Shown here piece after piece: positions 39,151-48,475 of a stretch of 64,000 bases of DNA. Numbering within the stretch: the stretch's first letter is position 1; every line of letters begins with the position of its first letter. Both the position numbers and the translations under genes were made by a program. This DNA is from an uncultured Verrucomicrobiota bacterium (GTDB lineage Bacteria > Verrucomicrobiota > Kiritimatiellia > RFP12 > UBA1067), in assembly GCA_946533675.1 (NCBI GenBank), contig CAMNBZ010000008.1, positions 5,360-69,359 of the forward strand, in the 5' to 3' direction. The notes beneath the pieces were generated by a model that saw nothing but the letters and a program-made list of their open reading frames with translations, did no database searches and had not been told where the DNA came from.

Positions 39151-39189
39151 CCTAGGATTCGAGGCATCTAGGATTCTAGACTTCTAGAC
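39151..39189. repeat. CTAG-rich motif cluster (CCTAGGATTC, TCTAGGATTCTAGA, TTCTAGA)
   Basis: Four CTAG tetramers in 39 nt. It is the inverted orientation of the TCTAGAATCCTAG motif seen at 28685 and lies in the aspS/gspG divergent region. Confidence 0.7.
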
Positions 39190-39203
39190 GCCCCCAGGCG
39201 ATT

Positions 39204-39233
39204 TTGACGGCGGGGGCGGAAAAATGGTATAAT
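39204..39233 (+). promoter_or_regulatory. Sigma70-type promoter: TTGACG, 18-nt spacer, TGGTATAAT, for the pseudopilin operon
   Basis: -35 at 39204-09, extended -10 at 39225-33. TAAGGAGC SD precedes ATG 39266. Confidence 0.65.
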
Positions 39234-39265
39234 TTCCCTCAACAGCTAATCTAAGGAGCAACGAA

Positions 39266-39694
39266 ATGAAGAGCAACGAGGAAAAGTCGGTCGCCGCCGC
39301 ACTGCGCGCGGGCTTCACGCTGATTGAGATTCTGGTCGCGGTCGCGATCATCGGCATCCTGGGCACGGTCGCGGTGATGAACATCACGTCCAACCTCGAA
39401 AAGGCCAAGGTGACCGCCGCGAAGGAAGCCGTCAACAACATCAAGGCGGCCGTGACGAACTACTACCTTCAGTACAAGAAGTACCCGAGCGACCTCAACG
39501 CGCTCATCGAGGCCAAGGGCGACGACGAGCCGGTCCTCGACGGCGGCGAAGGCGCGCTCGAGGATCCGTGGGGCACCGAATACAAGTACGAGAAGAACGG
39601 CAAGAAGTTCGCCGTCATCTCGGCGGGCCCCGACGGCGACTTCGGCACCGAGGACGACATCCGCAGCGACAAGGTCGCGAAGTCGTCGAACTAA
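39266..39694 (+). CDS. gspG: Type II secretion major pseudopilin GspG
   Basis: Prepilin motif AG/FTLIEILVAVAIIGIL; DPWGTEYKYEKNGKKFAVISAGPDGDFGTEDDI is typical of the GspG C-terminus. Confidence 0.9.
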   Translation: MKSNEEKSVAAALRAGFTLIEILVAVAIIGILGTVAVMNITSNLEKAKVTAAKEAVNNIKAAVTNYYLQYKKYPSDLNALIEAKGDDEPVLDGGEGALEDPWGTEYKYEKNGKKFAVISAGPDGDFGTEDDIRSDKVAKSSN

Positions 39695-40498
39695 GTGCGC
39701 CGCGCCTTCACCCTCATTGAACTGCTCGCCATCGTCGCCATCATCGGCATCATGGTGACGGCGGGCGTGGTCAGCCTCGGCGCCGGCCAGGGCGCGGCCC
39801 GCACGCGCGGCGCGACGCGCGACATCTTCGCGACGATCCGCCAGGCGCGTTCGACCGCGCTCGTCACCCAGCAGCCGTGCGTCCTGTCGTACTCGACCGT
39901 CACCGTCGACGGCGAGACGTGCGCCAAGGTGGAGATCACCTCGGCGCGCATCTTCAGCGGCTCGTCGGTGACGGAGGCGGAGACGCTGTCGGGCGAGCGG
40001 GTGAACCTCGCCGATCCGAACGGCACGGCCGCGGCGGCCGAATCGGGCGACGGCGCGGGCGCGGAAGACGGCGCGGGCGGCGGCCAGGCGATCGAGGACA
40101 TCCTTTTTGAGCCGATCGCGGCCGATGTCGTTAAGGGCATGGCCATCCAGGTGAAGATGGCGGACGAGCTTATCGAGGTGGAGCAGAACGAGGAGAAGTC
40201 GCGTTCGATGATCTCCGCGTTCTCGAACGTCGACGCGCTCCTCGGCCTCTACAAGGAGTCGACGAAATCCGCCACAGAGAAGGAGGCGGACGAGACGGAC
40301 GCCGCGCGCGAGGCGGCGCCGGCGGCGGGCGACGACGTGCAGGAGCCCGTCAGCGTCGTCTGGGAGGTGAACGGCCGCTGCGAGCCGCACCGCGTCTACG
40401 TCTATCCCGCGGGCAAGTCGCCCGACAGCGGGCTGTGCATCAAGATCGACCGCTTCGGCGCGGCGAAGGTGCTGTCGTTCGGCGAGGAGGACGACTGA
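39695..40498 (+). CDS. Prepilin-type minor pseudopilin (GspH-like position) with a long acidic C-terminal extension
   Basis: N-terminus MRRAFTLIELLAIVAIIGIM, with Ala instead of Gly at -1. The GTG start directly abuts the gspG stop. Confidence 0.7.
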   Translation: MRRAFTLIELLAIVAIIGIMVTAGVVSLGAGQGAARTRGATRDIFATIRQARSTALVTQQPCVLSYSTVTVDGETCAKVEITSARIFSGSSVTEAETLSGERVNLADPNGTAAAAESGDGAGAEDGAGGGQAIEDILFEPIAADVVKGMAIQVKMADELIEVEQNEEKSRSMISAFSNVDALLGLYKESTKSATEKEADETDAAREAAPAAGDDVQEPVSVVWEVNGRCEPHRVYVYPAGKSPDSGLCIKIDRFGAAKVLSFGEEDD

Positions 40499-40944
40499 TG
40501 CGGCGCGGCTTCACGCTTCTGGAAGTGCTCCTCGCCGCGCTCATCCTCGGGCTGGGGCTGACGACGATCCTCGTCTCCATGACGCAGGCGCAGAAGACGA
40601 TGCTCGGCTCGGCGTATCTGGAGACGGCGCAGGAGGTGATGGATCTCGGCGACATGGCGTATCCGCTCTCCTACGTGACCGATCCCGAACTGCAGCTCGA
40701 CGTTCCCGAGACGAAGGCGACGGAGCTGTGGGAGATCATCTCGGACGAGCGGCTGACGAACGCGCAGGAGGAGAAGCTGCACGGCTACACGTGGGAGCGC
40801 GAATGCCTGAACCTGCACGACGACGAGGAGATCGAGCGGCTCGGCGGGCTCTACGTCGTGCGCGTCACGGTGCGCTGGGGCGACCGGTTCCGCGGCCACG
40901 GCGAGAGCGAAAGCTACATCACGTTCTGGAGGAAGCCGGAATGA
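40498..40944 (+). CDS. Prepilin-type minor pseudopilin (GspI-like)
   Basis: MRRG/FTLLEVLLAALILGL. ATGA overlap with the upstream stop. Size (148 aa) fits. Confidence 0.7.
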   Translation: MRRGFTLLEVLLAALILGLGLTTILVSMTQAQKTMLGSAYLETAQEVMDLGDMAYPLSYVTDPELQLDVPETKATELWEIISDERLTNAQEEKLHGYTWERECLNLHDDEEIERLGGLYVVRVTVRWGDRFRGHGESESYITFWRKPE

Positions 40945-41768
40945 GACGCGCCGGATTCACGCTGGTCGAGATCATCTGCGCCGTCGTGCTCGTCGGCGTC
41001 GTGACGACGATCTCCCTTGCGACGTTCAACGCCGTCAGCCGCGGCTGGGAGATCTCCACCGACTACATCGACAAGATGCAGCGGACCGACTACGCGCTCA
41101 ACCAGGTCGTCTCGGCGCTCAGGTCGATGTACTATCCGCACGACGGCCGGCAGAGCGAGGACTACGGCTTCATGCTGACCGACAACGGCGCGGGCGAGGA
41201 CCCCGACGACAGCGACGTGATCGAATGGAGCCGCCTCGCGTCGATCGGCGACAAGAACAAGCATTCCTCCACGATCCACCGCGTGCAGCTGATGGTGCTG
41301 GAGGAGGGCGACACGACCTACGGGCGGCGCAACGAGATCGGCGTGACGGGGCTCTACATGCGGCGGCGGCCCGACTCCGCGCTGATGCCGAAGGATGGCG
41401 GCGACGAGGACGACTACACCTTCGGCAACGAGGAGTTGTACGAGCCGACGCTCGTGGCGGACGGGATCGTCGGCTTCAACTGCCGCGTGCTGAAGGAGGA
41501 GCCGTCGCCGTCGGGCACGAAGGCGTCGTACGAGAAGGACGATTTCGAGGACACGTGGGACAGCTCGAACTCGGTGCCGTACAAGGTGGAGCTGACGTTC
41601 CGCATCGCGGACCCGGAAGGGCGCAGCTACCGCACCAACACGGCGCCGGTCATGCGCATCGTGCGCATCCCCATCTACGAGCAGAGCCAGGACGGCGCGA
41701 CGACGCCGACCGAGGCGGCGGAGGGCGCGAAGGGCGGCGGCCGGTCGGGAGGAGGGCGGCGGCGATGA
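40941..41768 (+). CDS. Prepilin-type minor pseudopilin (GspJ-like)
   Basis: MRRAG/FTLVEIICAVVLVGV. ATGA overlap with the upstream stop. Confidence 0.65.
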   Translation: MRRAGFTLVEIICAVVLVGVVTTISLATFNAVSRGWEISTDYIDKMQRTDYALNQVVSALRSMYYPHDGRQSEDYGFMLTDNGAGEDPDDSDVIEWSRLASIGDKNKHSSTIHRVQLMVLEEGDTTYGRRNEIGVTGLYMRRRPDSALMPKDGGDEDDYTFGNEELYEPTLVADGIVGFNCRVLKEEPSPSGTKASYEKDDFEDTWDSSNSVPYKVELTFRIADPEGRSYRTNTAPVMRIVRIPIYEQSQDGATTPTEAAEGAKGGGRSGGGRRR

Positions 41769-43027
41769 GGCGCGGCAGTGCACTTCTGATGGCGCTCGTG
41801 ACGATCGCGGTCCTCTCGATCATGGTCATCTCGTTCGTGTACGAGGCGCGCCAGCAGGGCGGGATCAACGTCTACGTGCGCGAGCGCAACCGCGTGATGC
41901 GCTTGATCGAGGCGGGCCAGGCGATCGCGGAGATCGTCATGACCTCCTATTCCTCGGCACCCGAGTGGAGCGAGGACCAGGACACGGAGAAGCTGCTGGA
42001 GGACGACCGCTGGCTCCTCGCGAAGCAGGATCTGAAGAGCGCCGGGCAGTGCACGATCGGGCCGATCCTGCTGGACGAGGCGCGCGACGAGGACGGGTGG
42101 TTCGTCAATCCCGCGACGGTGACGGTCGAGATCGGTTCGGCGAACGACGACGGCAGGATCAACATCAACACGCTCTGGAAGGGCGCGAACGATCCGAAGT
42201 ACATGGAGCGCTGGTGGATGATCTTCAAGGACCACGGCATCCCCGAGGAGCTCGCGACGCCGAAGGACGGCAAGATCAACCTCTGGAACATCCTCATCGC
42301 GTCGTGGGACGACTGGCGCGACGAGGACGACGCCGTCACCAACATCGAGCTGGAGGAGGCGGGCGCGGAGGCGCAGTGGTACGAAGAGTACGAGGCCGAC
42401 AACGACCTCGACCGGGACGAGTACCGCGAGTACCGGCGGCGGCCGCGCAACGGCCCGATCCCCGACATCCACGAGCTGGAGAACCTGCGCGGCTGGCGCG
42501 AGTATCCGCAGGTGCTGACGGGCGGCGTCATCAATCCGTGGGAGGACCGCAAGGAGGACCAGATCACGGTGCGCGGCGTCTCCGACGTGCTGACGGCGGA
42601 CGGCCCGGCGAAGATCAACATCAACAACTGCAAGAACCTCGGCGTGCTCGTCACGATCCCCGGCATCTACGAGAACGTCGAGGACGACGACGCGCTCGAA
42701 GTGGCGCAGGCGGTGGCGCAGGCGGTGCTGGCGGCGAAGGCGATCGAGCCGGAGGGGCGCGAGGTGGATCCGACGAAGAGCGAATGGCCGTTCAAGGATT
42801 TCGAGGATCTGCGCGCGCGCGTGGACGAGGCGGACGAGGACATCGGCACCGAGGCGGGCAACTATCTGCAGTACACGACCGACGACTTCACGATCAAGAT
42901 CACCGGCGAGTCGATGGGCATGACGCACACGGTCGAGGCCAAGTGCTACGTGAAGGACGGCAAGGTGCGCTACTACAAGTGGTGCGAGAATCCGATCCAG
43001 TCGGGCTCGCCGGCGGGGGTGCGGTGA
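41765..43027 (+). CDS. GspK-like minor pseudopilin
   Basis: N-terminus MRRGSALLMALVTIAVLSIM lacks Glu5, as in GspK. Size is 420 aa. ATGA overlap with the upstream stop. Confidence 0.65.
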   Translation: MRRGSALLMALVTIAVLSIMVISFVYEARQQGGINVYVRERNRVMRLIEAGQAIAEIVMTSYSSAPEWSEDQDTEKLLEDDRWLLAKQDLKSAGQCTIGPILLDEARDEDGWFVNPATVTVEIGSANDDGRININTLWKGANDPKYMERWWMIFKDHGIPEELATPKDGKINLWNILIASWDDWRDEDDAVTNIELEEAGAEAQWYEEYEADNDLDRDEYREYRRRPRNGPIPDIHELENLRGWREYPQVLTGGVINPWEDRKEDQITVRGVSDVLTADGPAKININNCKNLGVLVTIPGIYENVEDDDALEVAQAVAQAVLAAKAIEPEGREVDPTKSEWPFKDFEDLRARVDEADEDIGTEAGNYLQYTTDDFTIKITGESMGMTHTVEAKCYVKDGKVRYYKWCENPIQSGSPAGVR

Positions 43028-43920
43028 TGGCGGAGCGGCTCGACGTCGTGCTCGCGGCGCGCTACCCCGACTTCACGCGCTCGCGTCTGAAGGGGCTCGT
43101 CGACGCGGGGTTCGTCACCGTCAACGGCGCGCCGGCGCAGAAGGCGGGGATGAAGGTGTCGCCGGACGACGCGATCGAGGTGACGATTCCGCCACCCGTG
43201 CCCGCCGTGCCGGAGCCGGAGGCGATTCCGCTCGCGGTCGTCTACGAGGACGACGATCTGATCGTCATCGACAAGGCGCCGGGCATGGTCGTCCATCCCG
43301 CGCCGGGCCATGCGTCCGGCACGCTCGTCAACGCGCTTTTGTACCGCTGCCCGACGCTCGGCGGCATCGGCGGCGTGGCGCGGCCGGGCATCGTGCACCG
43401 CCTGGACCAGGACACGTCGGGGCTGATCGTCGCGGCGAAGACGGAGGCGGCGATGGCGGGCTTGAGCCGCGCGTTCGCGCGCCACGCGGCCGTCGAGAAG
43501 ACGTACCTCGCCGTCTGCCACGGGCGGCCGCGGCTGGACGCGGGCCGGATCGAGAACCTGATCGGCCGCCATCCCGTCGACCGCAAGCGCATGGCGATCG
43601 TCGACACGAACGGGAAGGTGGCGATCACCAACTGGCGGCTCGCGGCGTTCGACGCGGCGCGGGGCGTCTCGACGATCGAGTGCCGGATCGAGACGGGGCG
43701 CACGCACCAGATCCGCGTGCACATGGCGTCCCTGGGCTGTCCCGTCGCGGGCGACAGGGTGTACGGCAGGGCGGCGCTGGACAGGCGGCTCGCGCCCGTG
43801 CCGGCGCGGCAGCTGCTGCATGCGTGGCGGCTGGCGCTGCGCCATCCGGTGAGCGGCGCGCCGCTGTCGTTCGAGGCCCCGATCCCCGCCGACATGGCCG
43901 CCTACTGCGCGTCGCTCTGA
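43027..43920 (+). CDS. rluD: RluA/RluD-family 23S rRNA pseudouridine synthase
   Basis: S4 domain (RLDVVLA..SRSRLKGLV), the catalytic motif GIVHRLDQDTSGLIV, and GRTHQIRVH. ATGA-type overlap with the upstream stop. Confidence 0.9.
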   Translation: MAERLDVVLAARYPDFTRSRLKGLVDAGFVTVNGAPAQKAGMKVSPDDAIEVTIPPPVPAVPEPEAIPLAVVYEDDDLIVIDKAPGMVVHPAPGHASGTLVNALLYRCPTLGGIGGVARPGIVHRLDQDTSGLIVAAKTEAAMAGLSRAFARHAAVEKTYLAVCHGRPRLDAGRIENLIGRHPVDRKRMAIVDTNGKVAITNWRLAAFDAARGVSTIECRIETGRTHQIRVHMASLGCPVAGDRVYGRAALDRRLAPVPARQLLHAWRLALRHPVSGAPLSFEAPIPADMAAYCASL

Positions 43921-43953
43921 CCGGGCGGGAGGCTGGCGTTTGGGCGGGGAATT

Positions 43954-43962
43954 TGGTATACT
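43954..43962 (+). promoter_or_regulatory. Extended -10 box TGGTATACT
   Basis: AATTTGGTATACTA consensus, with a ~30-nt leader carrying CAGGAGC before ATG 44000. Confidence 0.55.
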
Positions 43963-43999
43963 ATGCACATCGTTTGATTCACCCCAACAGGAGCAACAG

Positions 44000-45097
44000 A
44001 TGGCAACGGCAAGTTATGACGTCGTCGACTTCGGCACGACCAAGTACGGCGAGCACGCGAAGAAGTACATCCTCAAGGGCGCCGGCGGCGTCGTCCTCGA
44101 AGTGAGCGACTACGGCGGGAAGGTCGTGCGCCTCTTCACCCCCGACCGCGACGGCCGGATGAAGGACGTCGTCGTGGGCTTCGACGATCCGTCGGGCTGG
44201 GACAACGGCGACCCCTACTGGGGCTGCATCATCGGCCGCTACGGCAACCGCATCGCGGCCGGCAAGTTCACGATGGGCGGCGTCGAGTACCGGCTCCCCG
44301 CGCTCAACAACGCGCCCGCCGGCATCGGCTGCAACCTGCACGGCGGCGCGCGCGGCTGGGACGCGTACGTGTGGGGCGCGGAGCCGTTCGTCAAGGGCGA
44401 TGACGTGGGCGTCGTCTTCACGCACGTCTCGCCCGACGGCGACGAGGGCTTCCCCGGCCGCGTCGCGGTCAAGGTGACGTACACGCTGACGGCGGCGAAC
44501 GTCTGGCGCGTCGACTACGAGGCGGTGCCGGACAGGGAGACGCCCATCAACATGACGCAGCACGTCTACTTCAACTTCAAGGGCGAGGCCGGCGGCACGA
44601 TCGAGGATCACGTCCTGACGATCGCGGCCGAAAGCTTCACGCCGACCGACCCGGGCCAGATCCCGACGGGCGAGGTGCGCAAGGTCGCGGGCACGCCGTT
44701 CGATTTCCGCAAGGGCATGCGCATCGGCGAGATGATCAACGCCAACGACGCCGACCTCGAGATCGGCAAGGGCTACGACCACAACTGGGTGCTGGACGGC
44801 GGCATCATGGCGGGCGGCGCGGGCGGCCTCATCTTCGCGGGCTCGCTCGTCTGCCCGCTCAACGGCCGCTCCGTCGAGGTCTGGACGACCGAGCCGTGCC
44901 TGCAGGTCTACACCGCGAACTGGGCGAGCTACGACCAGAAGGCGAAGGGGGGCGAGCACCTCTCCTTCCGCTGCGGCGTGGCGCTCGAGACGCAGCACGC
45001 GCCCGACTCGCCCAACCGCCCCGAGTGGCCGACGACGTTCGTCAAGGCGGGCGCGACGTACCGCACGACGACGGAGTTCCGCTTCGGCGTCGCCTGA
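44000..45097 (+). CDS. galM: Aldose 1-epimerase (galactose mutarotase)
   Basis: GRYGNRIAAGKFTMGGVEYRLPALN..NLHGG, FPGRVAVKVTYTL, and VALETQHAPDSPN. Confidence 0.9.
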   Translation: MATASYDVVDFGTTKYGEHAKKYILKGAGGVVLEVSDYGGKVVRLFTPDRDGRMKDVVVGFDDPSGWDNGDPYWGCIIGRYGNRIAAGKFTMGGVEYRLPALNNAPAGIGCNLHGGARGWDAYVWGAEPFVKGDDVGVVFTHVSPDGDEGFPGRVAVKVTYTLTAANVWRVDYEAVPDRETPINMTQHVYFNFKGEAGGTIEDHVLTIAAESFTPTDPGQIPTGEVRKVAGTPFDFRKGMRIGEMINANDADLEIGKGYDHNWVLDGGIMAGGAGGLIFAGSLVCPLNGRSVEVWTTEPCLQVYTANWASYDQKAKGGEHLSFRCGVALETQHAPDSPNRPEWPTTFVKAGATYRTTTEFRFGVA

Positions 45098-45269
45098 GGC
45101 GGCGCGGAAAGGCACGGCGGTGGCGGACGGCACGTACGAGCGGCGCGGCCCGCGCGAGGCGGAGCTCAAGCGCATCCAGCGGTTTCTGGACGAACGGGCG
45201 AAGGGCGCGCCGCCGCGCGTCCGCCCGGCCGTTTCGCCCGATCCGCCGTCGCCCGCCCGCGGACAGATT

Positions 45270-45278
45270 TGATATACT
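45270..45278 (+). promoter_or_regulatory. Extended -10 box TGATATACT, 7 nt from the ATG (leaderless candidate)
   Basis: ATTTGATATACTACGCGCAATG; the ATG is at 45286. Confidence 0.6.
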
Positions 45279-45285
45279 ACGCGCA

Positions 45286-46335
45286 ATGGAGCTGAACGGC
45301 ACAAAGCGCACCTCGTACACCTACGAGCTGACGAACGACCAGCAGGAGATCCTGCTCGGCATCATGGTGAACGGCAACTACCGCAGGCGGGAGGTGCCGT
45401 ATTCGCTGTGGTCGATCGAGGGCGAGGGTTTCAACGCGACCTTGTACCAGAAGGAGAAGCACGGCAGGCGCAAGCTCTGCGTGCAGGGGTCGCGCGCGGA
45501 GGACTTCGTGCTCTTCGTCCTTGAGCCGAATGTGCTGATGACGGCCGGCCTCGGGTACGAGAGCGTCCTCAACCCCGACGCCCTGAAGCCCCACGCCGGC
45601 AGCGACGAATCGGGCAAGGGCGACTACTTCGGGCCGCTCGTCGTCTGCTGCGCGTACATCGACGAATCGATTGCGGAGGCCATCGACGGCTTCACCTACT
45701 TCAATAAGAACGACAGGCGCGTCAAGCTGGAGGTGAAGGACTGCAAGCAGATGAGCGACGCGCAGGTGCTGGAGGCGGGGCGGCAGCTGCGCGCGCTCCT
45801 CCAGCCGCGCGGCGGCTATGCGGTCGTGAAGATCGGCCCGGCGGCGTACAACAGGCTCTACGCGAAGATCCGGAACGTCAACCGGCTGCTCGCGTGGGCG
45901 CACGGCTCGGCCATCGAGGAGTTGCTGCAGAAGCAGCCCGCGTGCCGGAAGGTCGTCGTGGACCAGTTCGCGCGCACGGAAGACGTGATCAAGCGCGCGC
46001 TCAAGCCCCTCGGCAGGAAGGCGGAGATCGACCAGCACCACAAGGCGGAAAGCGACCTCGCCGTCGCCTGCGCCTCCGTGATCGCGCGCGAGCTCTTCCT
46101 CCGCGACATGCTGAAGATGGGCGAGGAGACGGGGCTCAGGATGCCGATCGGCTCCAGCGACCCGAAGGTGCGCGAAGTGGCCGAGGCGATGGTGCGCAGG
46201 GAAGGGGCCGTCTGGATCATGAACCATGCGAAGGCGCATTTCCAGACGACGGACAAGGTGCTGGCGGCGTGCGGCCGCTCGCGCGCGGATCTGCCGACGG
46301 AGGGCCAGGTCACCTCGGCGGCGGCAAGGGAGTGA
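45286..46335 (+). CDS. rnhC: Ribonuclease HIII
   Basis: N-terminal ~85-aa TBP-like domain, then GSDESGKGDYFGPLVVCCAYI (the DESGKG catalytic block) and HKAESDLAVACAS. Confidence 0.82.
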   Translation: MELNGTKRTSYTYELTNDQQEILLGIMVNGNYRRREVPYSLWSIEGEGFNATLYQKEKHGRRKLCVQGSRAEDFVLFVLEPNVLMTAGLGYESVLNPDALKPHAGSDESGKGDYFGPLVVCCAYIDESIAEAIDGFTYFNKNDRRVKLEVKDCKQMSDAQVLEAGRQLRALLQPRGGYAVVKIGPAAYNRLYAKIRNVNRLLAWAHGSAIEELLQKQPACRKVVVDQFARTEDVIKRALKPLGRKAEIDQHHKAESDLAVACASVIARELFLRDMLKMGEETGLRMPIGSSDPKVREVAEAMVRREGAVWIMNHAKAHFQTTDKVLAACGRSRADLPTEGQVTSAAARE

Positions 46336-46339
46336 AGAC

Positions 46340-46915
46340 ATGACGGCGATCATCGACTACAAGGCGGGGAATCTGACGAGCGTCCGGCTGGCGTTCGCGG
46401 CGCTGGGCGAAGAGGCGACGGTGACGCGCGACGCGGCGGTGATCGCGGCGGCGGACCGCGTGGTGTTTCCGGGCGTGGGTGCGGCGAAGAGCGCGATGGC
46501 GAACCTGCGCGCGCTCGGGCTCGAGGAGAGCGTGAAGGCGGCGGCGGTCTCGGGCCGGCCGTTCCTCGGCATCTGCCTCGGGATGCAGATCCTCTTCGAG
46601 CGGAGCGAGGAGGACGGCGGCGTGGAGACGCTCGGCCTCCTGCCAGGCGCGGTGCGGCGCTTTCCGGACGCGGCGGGTTGCAAGATTCCGCAGATCGGCT
46701 GGAACCAGTGCGTGACGGCGCGCGCGGCGGTCGACTACTATTTCGTCCATTCGTACTACGCGGAGATCTGCCCGTACACGATCGGGCGCACCTCGTACGC
46801 GGGCGTGGAGTTCACGAGCCTGGTGCGGAAGGGCAACCTGCTCGCGTGCCAGTTCCATCCCGAGAAATCGGGCCGCTGCGGCCTGGAGCTTCTGAAGGGC
46901 TGGCTCGCGCTGTGA
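46340..46915 (+). CDS. hisH: Imidazole glycerol phosphate synthase, glutamine amidotransferase subunit
   Basis: IIDYKAGNLTSV, GVGAAKSAM, the nucleophile block FLGICLGMQIL, and FHPEKSG. Confidence 0.9.
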   Translation: MTAIIDYKAGNLTSVRLAFAALGEEATVTRDAAVIAAADRVVFPGVGAAKSAMANLRALGLEESVKAAAVSGRPFLGICLGMQILFERSEEDGGVETLGLLPGAVRRFPDAAGCKIPQIGWNQCVTARAAVDYYFVHSYYAEICPYTIGRTSYAGVEFTSLVRKGNLLACQFHPEKSGRCGLELLKGWLAL

Positions 46916-46923
46916 CAGGGGAG

Positions 46924-46948
46924 ATTCTAGGCTCCTAGAATCCTCGCG
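46924..46948. repeat. CTAG motif copy: ATTCTAGGCTCCTAGAATCCTCGCG
   Basis: Contains the same 15-mer CCTAGAATCCTCGCG as 8098-8112. Confidence 0.7.
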
Positions 46949-47007
46949 TTTCGCCTGAACGCAGAAGCGGGCGGCGGCGTTTAACTGCATGGAAGGAGGG
47001 CCGCCGC

Positions 47008-48402
47008 ATGAATACGCAGATCGAACCCGGAACTGAAGAAATCGTCGCGCGTCCGTCAATCGAGGAAATCGGCGCGCGCTACGAATCCGTCACCCTTGGA
47101 CAGCGGCTGAAGACGCTCGTGCGCGGCCTCGGCCAGCCGCACGGCACGCGCGCGTACAAGGCGGCGCGGATTGAGCTCCAGCGTCTCGCGGCGCCGCTCG
47201 CGGCGGTCGTGCTGGTCGTCCTTCTCGTGGCCGTGCTGATCGTCGTCACGGCGGTGTCGGCGCAGAAGAAGGACGTGATCGAGGTCCAGATCGCGACGCT
47301 GGAGCCGGACCCTGTCGTGATCGATCCGATCCCCGAAGAGCCGGACGAGCCGCCGGACGTCAAGATGGACGAGCCGCTCGACGCCTTTGCGATGGACACG
47401 ACCGACCTGTCGCCGCCGTCGCTGGAGACCGTGGCGCCGCCTTCGCCCACGCCCGGCGGCGAGCCGACCCGGCTGGTCGCGGCCGTGCCCAGCCCCGTGA
47501 CGATGGCGGCGGTCGTCGGCACGACCAAGCCGCGCGGCCTCGGCGACGGCAGCGGATTCGGCACGGCGCTGGGCAGCGGCGCGGGGCGCAAGGGCCTGCC
47601 CGAAGGCGCGCTCCTCGGCGAGATCATCGACCTGAAGCGCAACGCGAAGGGCGAAGACCGTACGGCGGCGCTGGGCAGCCTCCACGCGACGCGCGACTAC
47701 TGGGAGCGCGTGAACGAGATGTTCCGGGGGCGCTTCAGCCCGGAAGCGTGCCGCGAGGTCTACCGCCTGCCGATGCGCGTGGCGCTGACGAGCCTGTGGG
47801 TGCCGCCGCAGAGCGCCGACAACGGGCCCGCGGCGTTCGGCGCCGACAAATTGATGGAGCCGAAATACTGGGTCGCGCACTACTGGGGGGGCCTCACGCC
47901 GACGAAGGACATGCGCTGCCGCTTCATCGGCTACTTTGACGACCTTCTCGTGGTCGCCGTCGACGGCAAGGTGGTGCTGGACGTCCACTGGGCGATGGAT
48001 CCGGCCGCGCGGTCGGTGACGACGGGCTGGAAGTCGCCCGATCCGGCGGCGAGCCGGTTCGCCGCGCCGCAGGCGGCGTGCCGGATGATCGTCGGCGACT
48101 GGGTGACGTTCAAGGCGGGCCGGACGGTGCAGCTCGACATCGCGTGCGGCGAGAAGCCGGGCGGCGCGGTCGGCGGGCTCCTGTGCATCGAGGAGGAGGG
48201 CGCGGCCTACGACCGGATGCCCGACGGCCGTCCGAAGTGGCCGATCTTCACGACGGTGCCGCTCTCGGAGCGCCAGAAGCAGACGTTCGAGAAGGTCGGC
48301 TACGGCATCGGCATCAACCCGCCGCGCTTCAACTACCGGCCGAAGGTCGACGCGCGCGAAGTCCTGAAGAAGACCGACGTCGGCGTGGACGTGAACATCT
48401 GA
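47008..48402 (+). CDS. Hypothetical bitopic membrane protein: cytoplasmic N-terminus, TM segment, Pro/Glu-rich spacer, C-terminal beta-rich (PA14/fibro-slime-like?) domain
   Basis: GGAAGGAGGG SD. TM segment AAVVLVVLLVAVLIVVTAV. Spacer EPDPVVIDPIPEEPDEPPDVKMDEP. No recognisable catalytic motif. Confidence 0.7.
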   Translation: MNTQIEPGTEEIVARPSIEEIGARYESVTLGQRLKTLVRGLGQPHGTRAYKAARIELQRLAAPLAAVVLVVLLVAVLIVVTAVSAQKKDVIEVQIATLEPDPVVIDPIPEEPDEPPDVKMDEPLDAFAMDTTDLSPPSLETVAPPSPTPGGEPTRLVAAVPSPVTMAAVVGTTKPRGLGDGSGFGTALGSGAGRKGLPEGALLGEIIDLKRNAKGEDRTAALGSLHATRDYWERVNEMFRGRFSPEACREVYRLPMRVALTSLWVPPQSADNGPAAFGADKLMEPKYWVAHYWGGLTPTKDMRCRFIGYFDDLLVVAVDGKVVLDVHWAMDPAARSVTTGWKSPDPAASRFAAPQAACRMIVGDWVTFKAGRTVQLDIACGEKPGGAVGGLLCIEEEGAAYDRMPDGRPKWPIFTTVPLSERQKQTFEKVGYGIGINPPRFNYRPKVDAREVLKKTDVGVDVNI

Positions 48403-48420
48403 CCGCCGCGGGCGTAATTT

Positions 48421-48429
48421 TGATATAAT
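48421..48429 (+). promoter_or_regulatory. Extended -10 box TGATATAAT
   Basis: TTTTGATATAATA consensus. A 13-codon uORF (48441-48482) overlaps the hisF ATG. Confidence 0.55.
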
Positions 48430-48475
48430 ACGCGCTACTTATGCGCACAGACATTTCTCTCCGGGAGATCCGCCC

